Below are positions 10,080-20,599 of a stretch of 64,000 nt of DNA, piece by piece. The translations under genes were made by a program, and so were the position numbers. The stretch is taken from assembly GCF_022450045.1 (NCBI RefSeq), contig NZ_JAKURD010000011.1. One strand, written 5' to 3'. Under the pieces are notes generated by a model. It made no database searches. It had not been told where the DNA came from and saw nothing but the letters and a program-made list of their open reading frames with translations. The stretch is from Gracilimonas sp. GTDB taxonomy: Bacteria; Bacteroidota; Rhodothermia; Balneolales; Balneolaceae. The first letter of the stretch is position 1; every line of letters begins with the position of its first letter.

Positions 10080-12977
10080 ATGACTATTAATTTCGATAAA
10101 GAAGTATTCGCCCGCCGACACAATGGACCTAATCAGGAATCAATTAAAAAAATGCTGGAGGTTATTAAAGCCGATTCGGTGGATAAGCTTATTGACGAGA
10201 CCATTCCCGAAGGTATTCGTTTGCAAAAAACCATGAATCTTCCCGAAGCGCTAAGTGAAGCTGATTTCCTGTCCGAATTCAAAAAGCTGGCGGAGAAGAA
10301 CAAGATATACAAGTCCTTTATCGGGATGGGCTATTATGATACGCTGATGCCCAATGTGATCAAGCGGAATATTATGGAGAATCCGGGCTGGTACACGGCC
10401 TATACTCCTTATCAGGCGGAGATCGCTCAGGGGAGGTTAGAGGCACTGATCAATTTCCAGACCACAGTAAGCGATCTCACCGGCATGGAATTAGCCAATG
10501 CTTCTTTATTGGATGAAGGAACAGCTGCTTCTGAGGCGATGAGCATGTTATACGGCCAGCGCAAAGGCAAGAAGCGTAAAGAGGCGGATGTATTTTTTGT
10601 TTCGGAATTATGCCACCCGCAAACCATTGAAGTACTTCAAACAAGAGCTGAACCAATAGGGGTAGAAATTCAGGTAGGAGATCATACGAAATTAGATGTT
10701 ACTGATCCCGGCTTGTTCGGGGTATTGCTGCAATATCCGGCTACAGACGGAAGCGTGGAAGATTACACCAATATCATTGAAGCAGCTCATGACAATGATG
10801 TATTTGCAGTTGTTGCCGCAGACCTTTTGAGCCTTACCCTATTGAAAGCTCCCGGTGAAATGGGTGCGGATGTAGTGGTCGGTTCTTCCCAGCGATTTGG
10901 AGTGCCAATGGGTTATGGCGGACCGCATGCTGCTTTCTTTGCGACTCAGGAAAAATTTCAGCGTAAGATTCCCGGACGCATTATTGGAGTAACACAAGAT
11001 GCAGAAGGAAAGCCGGCGTACAGAATGGCTCTTCAAACCCGCGAACAGCATATTCGTCGTGAGAAAGCGACTTCCAATATTTGTACGGCACAGGTTCTAT
11101 TAGGGGTGATTGCCGGAATGTATGCAGTATATCATGGCCCGGAAGGATTGAAAAAAATTGCCTCGAAGGCTCATGGGTTGACCAAGCTAACCAAAGCCGG
11201 ATTGGAAAAAATGGGAGTCAATATTGAAACGGACGTCTTCTTCGATACGATTACTGTTGAGGCTGACATTGCCAAAGTCCGAAAAGTTGCCGAAGAACAC
11301 GGAGTGAATTTCCGTTACAGTGAGGAAAATCGTATTGGAATTTCTTTTGATGAGGCCAAAAACCTTGAAGATGCAGAATTGATCCTGAATATCTTTGCAA
11401 AAGCTTTGGGCAAGAATAACGAATTTGATGTTCATTCAGCAGCCAATCACACAAAAGCAGAATTCCCGAAAGAACTAACCAGAACTTCCGATTATTTGGA
11501 TCACCCGGTATTCAATTTGTATCATTCCGAACACGAAATGCTTCGCTATATGAAGCGATTGGAGAACAAAGATCTTTCTTTAGTTCACTCCATGATCTCT
11601 CTCGGTTCGTGCACCATGAAATTGAATGCCACGGCAGAAATGATTCCGGTTACCTGGCCTGAATTTGGTCAGATTCACCCGTTTGCACCACGTGAACAAG
11701 CGGAAGGATACACACAGTTATTTAATGAACTCAGTGACTGGTTGTGCGAGATCACCGGTTTTGCGGGAATGTCGTTGCAGCCAAATTCCGGCGCTCAGGG
11801 CGAATACGCAGGATTAATGACTATCCGCGCTTATCATAATGCTAACGGTGATAACCACAGAAATGTGGCACTGATCCCGTCATCAGCTCATGGAACCAAC
11901 CCCGCAAGTGCGGTCATGGCCGGTATGGATGTGGTAGTGGTAGAGACCGATGCACATGGTAATATTTCAAGCGAAGACCTGGAAGCTAAGGCTGAAAAAT
12001 ACAGCGAACGGCTCGCAGCCCTGATGATCACATATCCATCTACGCACGGAGTGTTTGAACATAAAGTGAAGGATTTCTGTGAGGTCATTCATAAGCATGG
12101 CGGACAGGTTTATATGGATGGTGCCAACATGAATGCTCAGGTTGGGCTCACAAGTCCCGGTGAAATCGGAGCCGATGTTTGTCACCTGAACCTTCATAAA
12201 ACATTCTGTATTCCACACGGCGGCGGTGGGCCGGGAATGGGGCCTATCGGTGTGGCTAAGCATCTGGTGCCGTTTTTACCGTCACACTCAGTGATCAAAA
12301 CAGGGGGCGAAAAAGGAGTTACGGCTGTATCAGCAGCGCCATGGGGAAGTGCGAGTATCCTTACGATCTCCCATGCCTACATCCGGATGATGGGTGGAAA
12401 TGGATTGACGGATGCAACCAAGATCGCGATCCTGAATGCCAACTATCTGAAAGACAGACTCAAAGATCATTACGAAATTCTCTACACAGGTAAAACAGGT
12501 CGTTCTGCCCACGAGTTTATTGTGGATCTGCGCCCGTTCAAGCAATCGGCCGGAGTAGAATCTGTGGATGTAGCCAAACGCCTGATGGATTATGGCTTCC
12601 ATGCACCAACCATGAGTTTTCCGGTTCCGGGTACGCTGATGATCGAGCCAACCGAAAGTGAATCCATGGAAGAACTGGATCGTTTTTGTGAAGCGATGAT
12701 CTCCATACGAAAAGAAATTCAGGAAATTGAGGATGGAATTGCAGACAAAGAAGACAATGTCCTGAAACACGCCCCTCATACCCAGCGGGTGATGGTTTCT
12801 GATGAATGGGATCGAAGTTATTCCCGTGAAAAAGGAGCTTTCCCATTGGAGGATCTCAAATACGATAAATTCTGGCCGGCAGTTTCCAGAGTTGATGATG
12901 CGTATGGCGATCGGAATTTGGTTTGTTCCTGCATTCCGATGGAAGCGTATGAAGAGGGCATTGAGGTTGTGGAATAG
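10080..12977 (+). CDS. gcvP: Glycine dehydrogenase (aminomethyl-transferring), glycine cleavage P protein
   Basis: [32 protein letters not shown]-lysine motif [18 protein letters not shown] and C-terminal DRNLVCSC. Confidence 0.97.
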   Translation: MTINFDKEVFARRHNGPNQESIKKMLEVIKADSVDKLIDETIPEGIRLQKTMNLPEALSEADFLSEFKKLAEKNKIYKSFIGMGYYDTLMPNVIKRNIMENPGWYTAYTPYQAEIAQGRLEALINFQTTVSDLTGMELANASLLDEGTAASEAMSMLYGQRKGKKRKEADVFFVSELCHPQTIEVLQTRAEPIGVEIQVGDHTKLDVTDPGLFGVLLQYPATDGSVEDYTNIIEAAHDNDVFAVVAADLLSLTLLKAPGEMGADVVVGSSQRFGVPMGYGGPHAAFFATQEKFQRKIPGRIIGVTQDAEGKPAYRMALQTREQHIRREKATSNICTAQVLLGVIAGMYAVYHGPEGLKKIASKAHGLTKLTKAGLEKMGVNIETDVFFDTITVEADIAKVRKVAEEHGVNFRYSEENRIGISFDEAKNLEDAELILNIFAKALGKNNEFDVHSAANHTKAEFPKELTRTSDYLDHPVFNLYHSEHEMLRYMKRLENKDLSLVHSMISLGSCTMKLNATAEMIPVTWPEFGQIHPFAPREQAEGYTQLFNELSDWLCEITGFAGMSLQPNSGAQGEYAGLMTIRAYHNANGDNHRNVALIPSSAHGTNPASAVMAGMDVVVVETDAHGNISSEDLEAKAEKYSERLAALMITYPSTHGVFEHKVKDFCEVIHKHGGQVYMDGANMNAQVGLTSPGEIGADVCHLNLHKTFCIPHGGGGPGMGPIGVAKHLVPFLPSHSVIKTGGEKGVTAVSAAPWGSASILTISHAYIRMMGGNGLTDATKIAILNANYLKDRLKDHYEILYTGKTGRSAHEFIVDLRPFKQSAGVESVDVAKRLMDYGFHAPTMSFPVPGTLMIEPTESESMEELDRFCEAMISIRKEIQEIEDGIADKEDNVLKHAPHTQRVMVSDEWDRSYSREKGAFPLEDLKYDKFWPAVSRVDDAYGDRNLVCSCIPMEAYEEGIEVVE

Positions 12978-12978
12978 C

Positions 12979-13058
12979 TAATATTGAGCAGGGGAATATT
13001 GAACATCCAAGTCAACCCACTTCAAAATTCTCTACTCAATATTGAACGTTCGATATTC
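12979..13058. repeat. Heptamer-periodic AATATTG/GATATTC imperfect hairpin element
   Basis: Left arm has AATATTG/GAATATT/GAACATC units and right arm has complementary AATATTG/AACGTTC/GATATTC units. Related copies at about 14066, 20312 and 25398. Confidence 0.55.
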
Positions 13059-13332
13059 ACTCCCGCCATTCAGCGGGATCAAACCACCAGTAGCCTTCCC
13101 GGGCGAAATCTTTTCGGGTTAAAAATTCACGGAGTCCTTCATCCTGCAAATGTTCGTTACGGGCTAATGCATTCCTGAACTCCTGCCATAGCTCAGCGTG
13201 TTTTTCCGGAGAAGGGCCATTAAGCATAAGCTGATAGAAATCATTTTCGAGCGTATTACGGGAACGACTCGGTTTCCATGTTTCAGCCTCAAAAATGGAA
13301 TTATTAAGCACGCGTAATGCAGACGATGACAT
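13057..13332 (-). CDS. Small hypothetical protein
   Basis: 91-aa ORF occupying the gap, protein-like composition, Trp-rich C-terminus EGYWWFDPAEW. Confidence 0.6.
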   Translation of the reverse strand: MSSSALRVLNNSIFEAETWKPSRSRNTLENDFYQLMLNGPSPEKHAELWQEFRNALARNEHLQDEGLREFLTRKDFAREGYWWFDPAEWRE

Positions 13333-13502
13333 AACTATTAACTAACCTTTTGTTACTTTTTGAACCAAATAATCTTCGCAGGAAGTAACAGTTTACCGTA
13401 AATAAAAGCAAAACTTAAGTATCAGAAGGTGGCTCTAAATCTTCTGATAAAGATCTTTTTTAGCATTATTCTTCAGTTCAATCACAAAATTCACGGTATC
13501 CT

Positions 13503-14063
13503 ATGAAATGCACGTTTTTATTGTTTGCTTTTCTTTTTCCGATATTGTCTTCTGCTCAAAAAACTAATGCTGATGTATTCTGGGCAAATCTTTCTGCCCA
13601 ATGCAGAAAAGCTTTTATAGGGGAAATGCTGGAGGCTCCCACTAATGATGCTTTCAGAGATCATAAATTGGTGATGCACGTACTTTCTTGTGATGATGAA
13701 GTGATCAACATACCGTTTTTTGTTGGGGATGACCGTTCCCGAACCTGGATCTTTACCCGGAAAGGAAATCGAATTCAGCTTAAACACGATCACCGCCACG
13801 AGGACGGTAGTAAGGATGAAATAACCATGTACGGCGGAACCTCAACCAGTACCGGCTTAGCTACACTTCAGACCTTCTCCGCCGATCAGCAAACGGCTGA
13901 TCTCATTCCGGCAGCAGCAAGCAATATTTGGTGGATTGAAGTAGTGCCTGATGAGTACTTCACCTATAATCTCCGAAGAATTGGAACCGAGCGTCTCTTC
14001 AGCATCCGTTTTAACTTCGAAAATGAGACCGAAACTCCACCTCCGGCCTGGGGATGGGAGTGA
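13503..14063 (+). CDS. Secreted hypothetical protein
   Basis: Signal peptide MKCTFLLFAFLFPILSSAQ and motif LKHDHRHEDG...MYGG. Confidence 0.75.
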   Translation: MKCTFLLFAFLFPILSSAQKTNADVFWANLSAQCRKAFIGEMLEAPTNDAFRDHKLVMHVLSCDDEVINIPFFVGDDRSRTWIFTRKGNRIQLKHDHRHEDGSKDEITMYGGTSTSTGLATLQTFSADQQTADLIPAAASNIWWIEVVPDEYFTYNLRRIGTERLFSIRFNFENETETPPPAWGWE

Positions 14064-14143
14064 GATGAATATTGAATAGCAAACATTGAATATTCAATGT
14101 TGAAGAGCCTGCTTCAGCCTTAGCCTCTCTAAGTAGGAATGAA

Positions 14144-14587
14144 TTAAGATTTACTCAGGGAGCTTGCTATGGTAATATCTCCTTCGAGGGTTCTGTGCAC
14201 CGGACATTTTTTGGAGATATCGAGCAGTTTTTCTAATTGTTCTTTTGTCAGATCTCCTTTCACAATAAGCTCCTTTTCGATATAGTCGATCTTACTTTTG
14301 GGGTCTTCACATTCTGCACAATCCTCAGCATGACGTTTGTTGTGCCGAAGTTCCAGGTAAAGATCTTCCAGTTCCCAACCCTTTCTTTCTGCATACATTT
14401 TTACAGTCATCAGCGTGCAGGAGCCGAGTCCCATAAGTAAATAATCGTAGGGGTCGGGACCGGCGTCCTGTCCACCTTTCACGCTTTCAGGTTCATCTGA
14501 AATGAGTTCGTGCTTTCCAGCCGTTAGTGTGGTTTTGAATGCTTCGTTTTTTGGGAGATGTACGTGGACTATTTTTTGCTCGCTCAT
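14144..14587 (-). CDS. OsmC family protein
   Basis: GPDPYDYLLMGLGSCT and KKCPVHRTL (the two conserved cysteines). Confidence 0.9.
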   Translation of the reverse strand: MSEQKIVHVHLPKNEAFKTTLTAGKHELISDEPESVKGGQDAGPDPYDYLLMGLGSCTLMTVKMYAERKGWELEDLYLELRHNKRHAEDCAECEDPKSKIDYIEKELIVKGDLTKEQLEKLLDISKKCPVHRTLEGDITIASSLSKS

Positions 14588-14757
14588 AGTAATGATACAT
14601 TTTAAATGTTGAATTATAAATGAACGTAATTATTTAAACTTTTAAAATGTATCATTTACAATTCCCTAACACACTGGTAACCAGCAACTAACACTGCCTA
14701 TAATCTCTGTTAACATAGCCGGACGATATTTGCCGTCAATCATCTATATAAAAAGCT

Positions 14758-15150
14758 ATGAAACGATCCATAGATACTGTTGTCCTTTCAGATATCCATC
14801 TTGGAACCGTTGGTTGTCATGTTATGGAACTTGTTCAATATCTGAATTCCATCGACCCAAAACGCGTCATTCTTAACGGGGATTTTATCGACATGTGGAA
14901 CTTTCGGAAATATTACTGGCCCGATACGCACATGCACGTCATCAGAACGCTTATAACTATGATGGCCAATAGAGTGGATATTTACTACCTGACGGGCAAT
15001 CATGACGAAACCTTACGTAAAATTTCGAGTTTGGAGCTTGGCCCGATCTTCATTCGGGATAAATTAGTGCTGGAGATGAACGGTGAAAAAGTAGGGTTTT
15101 CCATGGTATATTTTCGACATTTCAATGAAGTACATTAATTGGCGGTAGGC
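14758..15150 (+). pseudogene. Truncated calcineurin-like metallophosphoesterase (UDP-2,3-diacylglucosamine diphosphatase-like)
   Basis: SDIHLG, LNGDFID and GNHD motifs are intact. The expected FHGD-IFD-SMKY segment is recoverable only by frame changes near 15095-15110. The C-terminal half is absent. Confidence 0.75.
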
Positions 15151-15162
15151 CGATTCATCCCC

Positions 15163-15687
15163 CTACAAATACTTCTCCTTGATTATATTGATATGATGCC
15201 GTTCATGACCCGCTATGATGAATGGGAGTGATCGTACCGTAAATTCAACTCCGCTTGCGGTTCCTTTCAGCGAGATCATTTCCTTGGTCATATTCTGGAA
15301 AAGATGAATAGTAGAAATACGGACAGCGAGGTATTCATTGGCTAAATTACTAATGGTCCGGCTGTTATAATTAGCGTGCTTAACGTAGTCTTTTTCATCC
15401 ATTGGGGGAAGCGGATTTTTGTCCCTTCGCGAAAAAGCGAGTCCCCGATAAGCAAATACCCGCTCGGTTTCTATTATATGGCCGATGACCTGTTTTACAG
15501 TCCATTTCCCCTCAGCATACGCATGAAAAGCTTTATCCCCCGGTATGGAATTAATAAAAGTGTAGAATTCATGCATTTGAGAGTTAAGGGTCTCAATGAT
15601 ATTTCCCTTAGGCACATTTGCAACATACCCAGCATAATAATGGGCATACTCTGAATTAGACGGATGCTCTTTATCCCAAATTGACAT
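15163..15687 (-). CDS. DinB family protein
   Basis: YAEGKWTVKQVIGHIIETERVF and IAGHERHH motifs. Confidence 0.88.
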   Translation of the reverse strand: MSIWDKEHPSNSEYAHYYAGYVANVPKGNIIETLNSQMHEFYTFINSIPGDKAFHAYAEGKWTVKQVIGHIIETERVFAYRGLAFSRRDKNPLPPMDEKDYVKHANYNSRTISNLANEYLAVRISTIHLFQNMTKEMISLKGTASGVEFTVRSLPFIIAGHERHHINIIKEKYL

Positions 15688-15782
15688 GCTTCATCTCCAA
15701 TTTATTATTTACCATTTTCTAAAAGTATTATCTTCAATAAACAAAAGGAAATACCCGGGTTCCCTCATCCATATTAAAGCTT

Positions 15783-16496
15783 TTATTCGTTGACTGTTAA
15801 ACTTTTAATAGTCCCGGAGCCTGCTTTTTCACCAGCTGCAAAAGTTTCTATGGAAAATGCATAGGTAACTCCTGAGACAGTCTGCCAATCGCTGTTCTTT
15901 ACCTGGACTTCTACTTCTGAACCTGTTTGCTGGTTGAATTGATTAAATGTTATCATATCCGGCAGTGCGGTTTCAGTATCCAAATAATACGTTGCCGGCA
16001 CGGTGAAATTGATCTTCACCTTAGCATATTCAGTGTCGTTGATAGTTTCCATACCAAGAAATTCTGCATCCAGCGAATCTTTATTCAGAGCAACATGGAC
16101 ATAATTTCTTTCCATTTCAGTTTTCACTTGCTGAAGTTGAGCTCCATTCATGGGTATTTCTCTTCCTCCAATTTTCTGAACTCCTGCACCATCTTCAATA
16201 CTTACCTCCACCGTCCCCTGCGGAGTTTCTAAAACCGCATTTTGATCTCCGGTCACAAAATTAATTGTGCTTGTGCCACTTATAGTGATATCACCCATCG
16301 GAGAGATAATGGTTTGTTCAATATCCGTGGTTAAGGTTTCAACCGTGATCCCGGGCTCAATAACGGCATCAGCCATTTTGTTCAGCCATTCATTGGCTTC
16401 ATTTTCGATGAGTTTATTTGATTGAAAATTTAGAGTCGTAACACCCACAACAATCAAAATAATTAATGAATAAGGTATTTTTATATTTTTCCCCAT
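15783..16496 (-). CDS. Exported hypothetical protein (beta-rich)
   Basis: N-terminal hydrophobic segment followed by a beta-strand-rich body. No catalytic motif recognised. Confidence 0.7.
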   Translation of the reverse strand: MGKNIKIPYSLIILIVVGVTTLNFQSNKLIENEANEWLNKMADAVIEPGITVETLTTDIEQTIISPMGDITISGTSTINFVTGDQNAVLETPQGTVEVSIEDGAGVQKIGGREIPMNGAQLQQVKTEMERNYVHVALNKDSLDAEFLGMETINDTEYAKVKINFTVPATYYLDTETALPDMITFNQFNQQTGSEVEVQVKNSDWQTVSGVTYAFSIETFAAGEKAGSGTIKSLTVNE

Positions 16497-16550
16497 AATA
16501 GATCCGATTTCTTAAAACTATTGTGTTAAGACAAGATGATATTTTTCTAC

Positions 16551-17339
16551 TTATTTCACAAACTGAGGGGAGAATTCTTTGAGCGGAAGACCTTCTTTTG
16601 AACTCACTTCTTTAGAATCTTCATTCCGGGAAAGTTCCATTACATAATTTACAAGAGCCGGGTTGTAATACCTTCTTTGGAAGTACACCTTCTTATTACC
16701 GGTGGTGCGGGAACAACGATCGATCTCAAACAGTGCATCTCCGGGTTCCAAATTTAATTGACCAGCAATGTATGTATCTGCTTTGATTGCAGTGAACCGA
16801 TAACTGCCTGCTAAAATAGGAATCTCATACTTTTCCTCGATCACATTATAAATCGTCTGTGTGGTGAGGTCTTCGTCAAACAATAATTGGCCATATCCGG
16901 GGGGCAGCCATGTGATATCAAAGGCCACGGCTTTCCCGCTACCCAAACGAACCCGGTCCACGCGGATGAGTTTCATATCCGGACGGATATCCAGGATCTC
17001 ATTCACTTCTTTAATGGGATCTACTTTTGTGAGGGACACCAAACGAGAGCTGCTTTCCAAACCAGCCTGACGCATATCCTCCGAAAAATCCGTGAGCTTC
17101 ACCAAATTGCTTTTATAAGTCTGGTTGCTCACAAAAGCCCCAACACCCTGTTTGCGATAGATCAGCCCATCATTTTCCAGGTTCTGCAGAGCATGGCGGA
17201 TGGTAACTCTACTTACATTGAAATAATCACAGAGTCTTTTTTCAGACGGAAGTTTGTCGCCACCTTCATAATATCCTCCGATGATTTCCTTCTGTAAATG
17301 CTGTTTAACTTTCTCGTGCTTAGATGCTTGTTGTTCCAT
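16551..17339 (-). CDS. GntR family transcriptional regulator (HutC/UTRA)
   Basis: wHTH LPSEKRLCDYFNVSRVTIRHAL...QGVGAFV plus a UTRA-like C-terminal domain. Confidence 0.92.
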   Translation of the reverse strand: MEQQASKHEKVKQHLQKEIIGGYYEGGDKLPSEKRLCDYFNVSRVTIRHALQNLENDGLIYRKQGVGAFVSNQTYKSNLVKLTDFSEDMRQAGLESSSRLVSLTKVDPIKEVNEILDIRPDMKLIRVDRVRLGSGKAVAFDITWLPPGYGQLLFDEDLTTQTIYNVIEEKYEIPILAGSYRFTAIKADTYIAGQLNLEPGDALFEIDRCSRTTGNKKVYFQRRYYNPALVNYVMELSRNEDSKEVSSKEGLPLKEFSPQFVK

Positions 17340-17371
17340 ATATCAAATTTTGTATCAAAGTCTTGGTTAAC

Positions 17372-17442
17372 GGTGATGGCACATTGCAATGTGCCATTAC
17401 TGTCTCAATAGCTAAAATTGTATGGGCGTATCGCATACGCCC
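17372..17442. repeat. Two REP-like palindromes
   Basis: Perfect 22-bp palindrome ATGGCACATTGCAATGTGCCAT (17376-17397) and GGGCGTAT-CGC-ATACGCCC (17424-17442), each preceded by a GTGA/GTAT tetranucleotide. Confidence 0.6.
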
Positions 17443-17536
17443 TGTTTAATCAAGCATCATTTCTGTTACATGCAGGATGTATGTTATGGCTTTCTACAGT
17501 TTTAAAATCAATCTTAAATAGCTATTCAATATACTT

Positions 17537-17556
17537 ATTATAACATGTTGTTACAA
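17537..17556. promoter_or_regulatory. Possible GntR/HutC operator (tandem GTTATAAC-like half-sites)
   Basis: ATTATAAC and GTTGTTAC lie between the divergent gntR and yeeE genes. The match is imperfect. Confidence 0.3.
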
Positions 17557-17626
17557 ATTCCTGAACTCTGGTATCATTGGAGCAAAGAAAAAATAAATGA
17601 CTAATCATCAAATCAATTAGAAACTG

Positions 17627-18182
17627 ATGGACATACTTACTCAACCTATGCCCTGGTACATTGCCGGTCCGATCATCGGATTAACCGTTCCGGTTCTCCT
17701 CATTCTGGGAGGCAAGATGTTTGGCGTTTCGGCAAACTTACGCCACGCATGTGCTTCATGTAACTTTGGTAACGTAGAATTTTTTAATTACGACTGGAAA
17801 AAAGCCGGATGGTGGAATTACCTTTTTGGCAGGTTCGGTATTAGGTAGTTTTCTTGGCGGATATGTATTTGCCAACCCTGAACCTATTGATCTGGCTGCG
17901 TCAACGATCACGGATCTCCAGGCTCTGGGAATAAATGATTTTAGTGGGTTGGTACCAGCCGATCTCATTTCCTGGGAAGCTTTAGGCACGCCGGCAGGAC
18001 TTATTGTTCTGGTTGTGGGTGGTTTTCTGGTAGGATTTGGTGCACGATACGCGGGTGGGTGCACATCCGGTCACGCTATTTCAGGACTGTCTGACCTACA
18101 GCTTGCTTCGTTGATGGCCGTGATCGGTTTCTTTATCGGTGGCTTGCTAATGACCTATCTGATCTATCCAATCATACTTTAA
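17627..18182 (+). pseudogene. YeeE/YedE sulfur-transport protein, split by a frameshift at about 17819
   Basis: ORFs 17627-17848 and 17826-18182 join into one YeeE-type protein (FGVSANLRHAC ... GARYAGGCTSGHAISG) if the frame shifts after the AAT at 17816-17818. Could be a sequencing error. Confidence 0.85.
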
Positions 18183-18201
18183 AAATATTAAGAGCAGAAC
18201 A

Positions 18202-18627
18202 ATGAAAATTTTAGAATATCTTAAATACCTAATTATTGGAACGGTTTTTGGATTTATACTGGTGAAGTCAGAGGTCGTATCCTGGTTTCGGATTCAGGAA
18301 ATGTTCCGGTTTGATGACATTCACATGCACGGTATTATTGGTCTGGCAATTGTGGTGGGTATCATCTCAATTCAGATCATTAAGAGAAATAATATTAAAG
18401 ACACCAAAGGTAATTCGGTCACGATTCCTCCAAAAGATGCCTCACAATGGAAACGATATATTATTGGCGGCAGCATGTTCGGTTTAGGCTGGGCTTTGTT
18501 GGGAGCTTGCCCGGGTCCCATGTTCGCACTACTCGGTAGCGGAATTACCGTGATGATCATCCCAATTTTATCAGCAATTGCAGGAACTTACGTCTATGGC
18601 ATGCTTGGAAATTCTTTACCTCATTAA
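18202..18627 (+). CDS. YeeE/YedE family partner (thiosulfate transporter-type)
   Basis: SWFRIQEMFRF and FGLGWALLGACPGP motifs. Confidence 0.88.
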   Translation: MKILEYLKYLIIGTVFGFILVKSEVVSWFRIQEMFRFDDIHMHGIIGLAIVVGIISIQIIKRNNIKDTKGNSVTIPPKDASQWKRYIIGGSMFGLGWALLGACPGPMFALLGSGITVMIIPILSAIAGTYVYGMLGNSLPH

Positions 18628-18629
18628 TG

Positions 18630-18697
18630 AAGAAGAACTCAGAATACAGAAATCAGAAGGGGATATTCTGACTACTGAATTCAGAGTTCTGACTTCC
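18630..18697. repeat. Heptamer-periodic CAGAA/TTCTG hairpin element
   Basis: CTCAGAA TACAGAA ATCAGAA followed by TTCTGAC TACTGAA TTCAGAG TTCTGAC. Confidence 0.55.
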
Positions 18698-18732
18698 AAG
18701 AATATTAAATAACACAACACAGGAGACACATT

Positions 18733-20154
18733 ATGTATTTCAAACAATTCTTTGACGACAAATTAGCACAGTACGCTTATATGGTTGGTTGCCAGGCTGA
18801 AGGAACAGCCATCGTGATCGACCCGATGAGAGACATCGATCAGTACATTGAAGCTGCAGCAAAAGAAAACCTGACGATTGTCGGGGCAGCTGACACTCAC
18901 ATTCATGCCGACTATATTTCTGGTCTGCGTGAGTTTGCCGAGAGGGGCGTAAAAGTGTACGCATCTGATGAAGGCGATAAAGACTGGAAATATGAATGGC
19001 TGATCGGCAGCGATTACAATTATCAGTTACTCAATGACGGTGATGAATTCAGTATTGGAAACATCACGTTTAAAGCATGGCATACACCGGGTCACACACC
19101 CGAGCATTTAAGCTATTTCATTACTGATGGTGCTGCCGCAGATCAGCCAATTGGTATTGCAACCGGCGATTTCATTTTTGTGGGTGATGTTGGGCGACCT
19201 GACCTGCTTGAGTCTGCTGCCGGGCAAAAAAACGTGATGGTGCCATCAGCCCGTACCCTGTTCAAGTCTGTGGAAGACTTCAAGAATGTGCCTGAATTCA
19301 TGCAGATCTGGCCGGGACACGGTGCAGGAAGCGCATGTGGTAAAGCACTCGGAGCCATTCCTGAAACAACTGTTGGTTATGAACTGCGATACAACGCATC
19401 CATTAAATCAGCGACCTCAGAAGATGACTTTGTGAAGTTCATCCTGGAAGGGCAACCTGAGCCGCCATTGTATTTTGCACGGATGAAACGTGACAATAAA
19501 ATTGGGCCTAAAGTAATCAGGGGACTTCCACAGCCCAAGCATCTGACATTAAATGAGCTGGGCAAACTGGCTGATAATAAAGAAGTGGCTGTTCTGGATA
19601 CCCGTGAAAGAGATGAATTCTCACAGGGATATCTGCCGGGGTCACTCCTGTCACCGCTAAACAAACAGTACAATACCGTTGCCGGTTCTTATATCACCGA
19701 AGATGAGGAGATCTACCTGATCGTAGAGGAGCATCAGCTAACGGAAGCTGTTCGTGATCTTTATCGAATTGGTCTCGACAATGTGATCGGTTATGTAACA
19801 CCGGTTGATCTAGATCATTACGCTGAACACGGCGGTGAACTGGAAACCTTAGCAGTCGAAAAATTCGACGCCATCGATAAGTATATTGGTGATGATAACT
19901 ATCAGATCCTGGATGTCCGAAAAGCTTCTGAATTTGAAGAAGAAGGCAATATTGAAGGAGCGCAAAATATCGCGCATACTCGTCTGCTGCCAAGAATGGA
20001 AGAAGTCCCAAGCGAACGCAAGATCGTAGTTCACTGTCAGGCCGGAGGTCGTTCTGCGGTAGCTGCAGCACTGCTTCAGCGCAACGATTACGAAGTAGTT
20101 CTCATCGATGACGAATGGGCAAACTACAAAGCAAAAGCAGCAGCTTCGGCTTGA
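18733..20154 (+). CDS. MBL-fold persulfide dioxygenase-rhodanese fusion (CstB/Blh-like), copy 1
   Basis: THIHADY, HTPGHTPEH, GDFIFVGDVGRPD and WPGHGAGSACGK motifs, two rhodanese-like domains, active-site loop HCQAGGRS. Confidence 0.9.
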   Translation: MYFKQFFDDKLAQYAYMVGCQAEGTAIVIDPMRDIDQYIEAAAKENLTIVGAADTHIHADYISGLREFAERGVKVYASDEGDKDWKYEWLIGSDYNYQLLNDGDEFSIGNITFKAWHTPGHTPEHLSYFITDGAAADQPIGIATGDFIFVGDVGRPDLLESAAGQKNVMVPSARTLFKSVEDFKNVPEFMQIWPGHGAGSACGKALGAIPETTVGYELRYNASIKSATSEDDFVKFILEGQPEPPLYFARMKRDNKIGPKVIRGLPQPKHLTLNELGKLADNKEVAVLDTRERDEFSQGYLPGSLLSPLNKQYNTVAGSYITEDEEIYLIVEEHQLTEAVRDLYRIGLDNVIGYVTPVDLDHYAEHGGELETLAVEKFDAIDKYIGDDNYQILDVRKASEFEEEGNIEGAQNIAHTRLLPRMEEVPSERKIVVHCQAGGRSAVAAALLQRNDYEVVLIDDEWANYKAKAAASA

Positions 20155-20179
20155 TCAGGCAAGACTCTAACCTTTGTTT

Positions 20180-20545
20180 TCTCTCCCGGGAGAGGAAGAC
20201 TCCTTTGCGGCAATATTGGTAATTCAAATTGCACATTATCCAGGGAGCTTCCCCGCTCGGGCAGGGATTGAGGGGGTGGGTCGGAGGTTATAAAAAGTGA
20301 AGAAGTTTGAAACAAACATTTGAATATTGAACCGGTTGAAGCATGGGTGCATAACCCTTTAATACAACACCCTGCGAAATCAAAAAAGGAACAACTTTTT
20401 TGATTGATCTCCCCTCAAGGGGAGACCATCCATGATGGCATTAGAATTTTGATGTTGAAATGACTTATGAGTTGTCATAACACAACGGAAAGTCCTCCCT
20501 TGAGGAAGGTGCAGAATTTAAGCTCGCTGAAATACGCGGAGGGTG
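20180..20545. repeat. Cluster of CCCCT/AGGGG REP-like hairpins
   Basis: TCTCCCCTCAAGGGGAGA (20408-20425) and an inverted related unit TCCCTTGAGGAAGG...GGAGGGTG (about 20496-20545), plus GC-rich hairpins at about 20180-20285. Confidence 0.5.
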
Positions 20546-20599
20546 CCTGTGGCCAAAGACAAAATGCCAGCATCCAACCTGGTTACAAACAAATAGATC

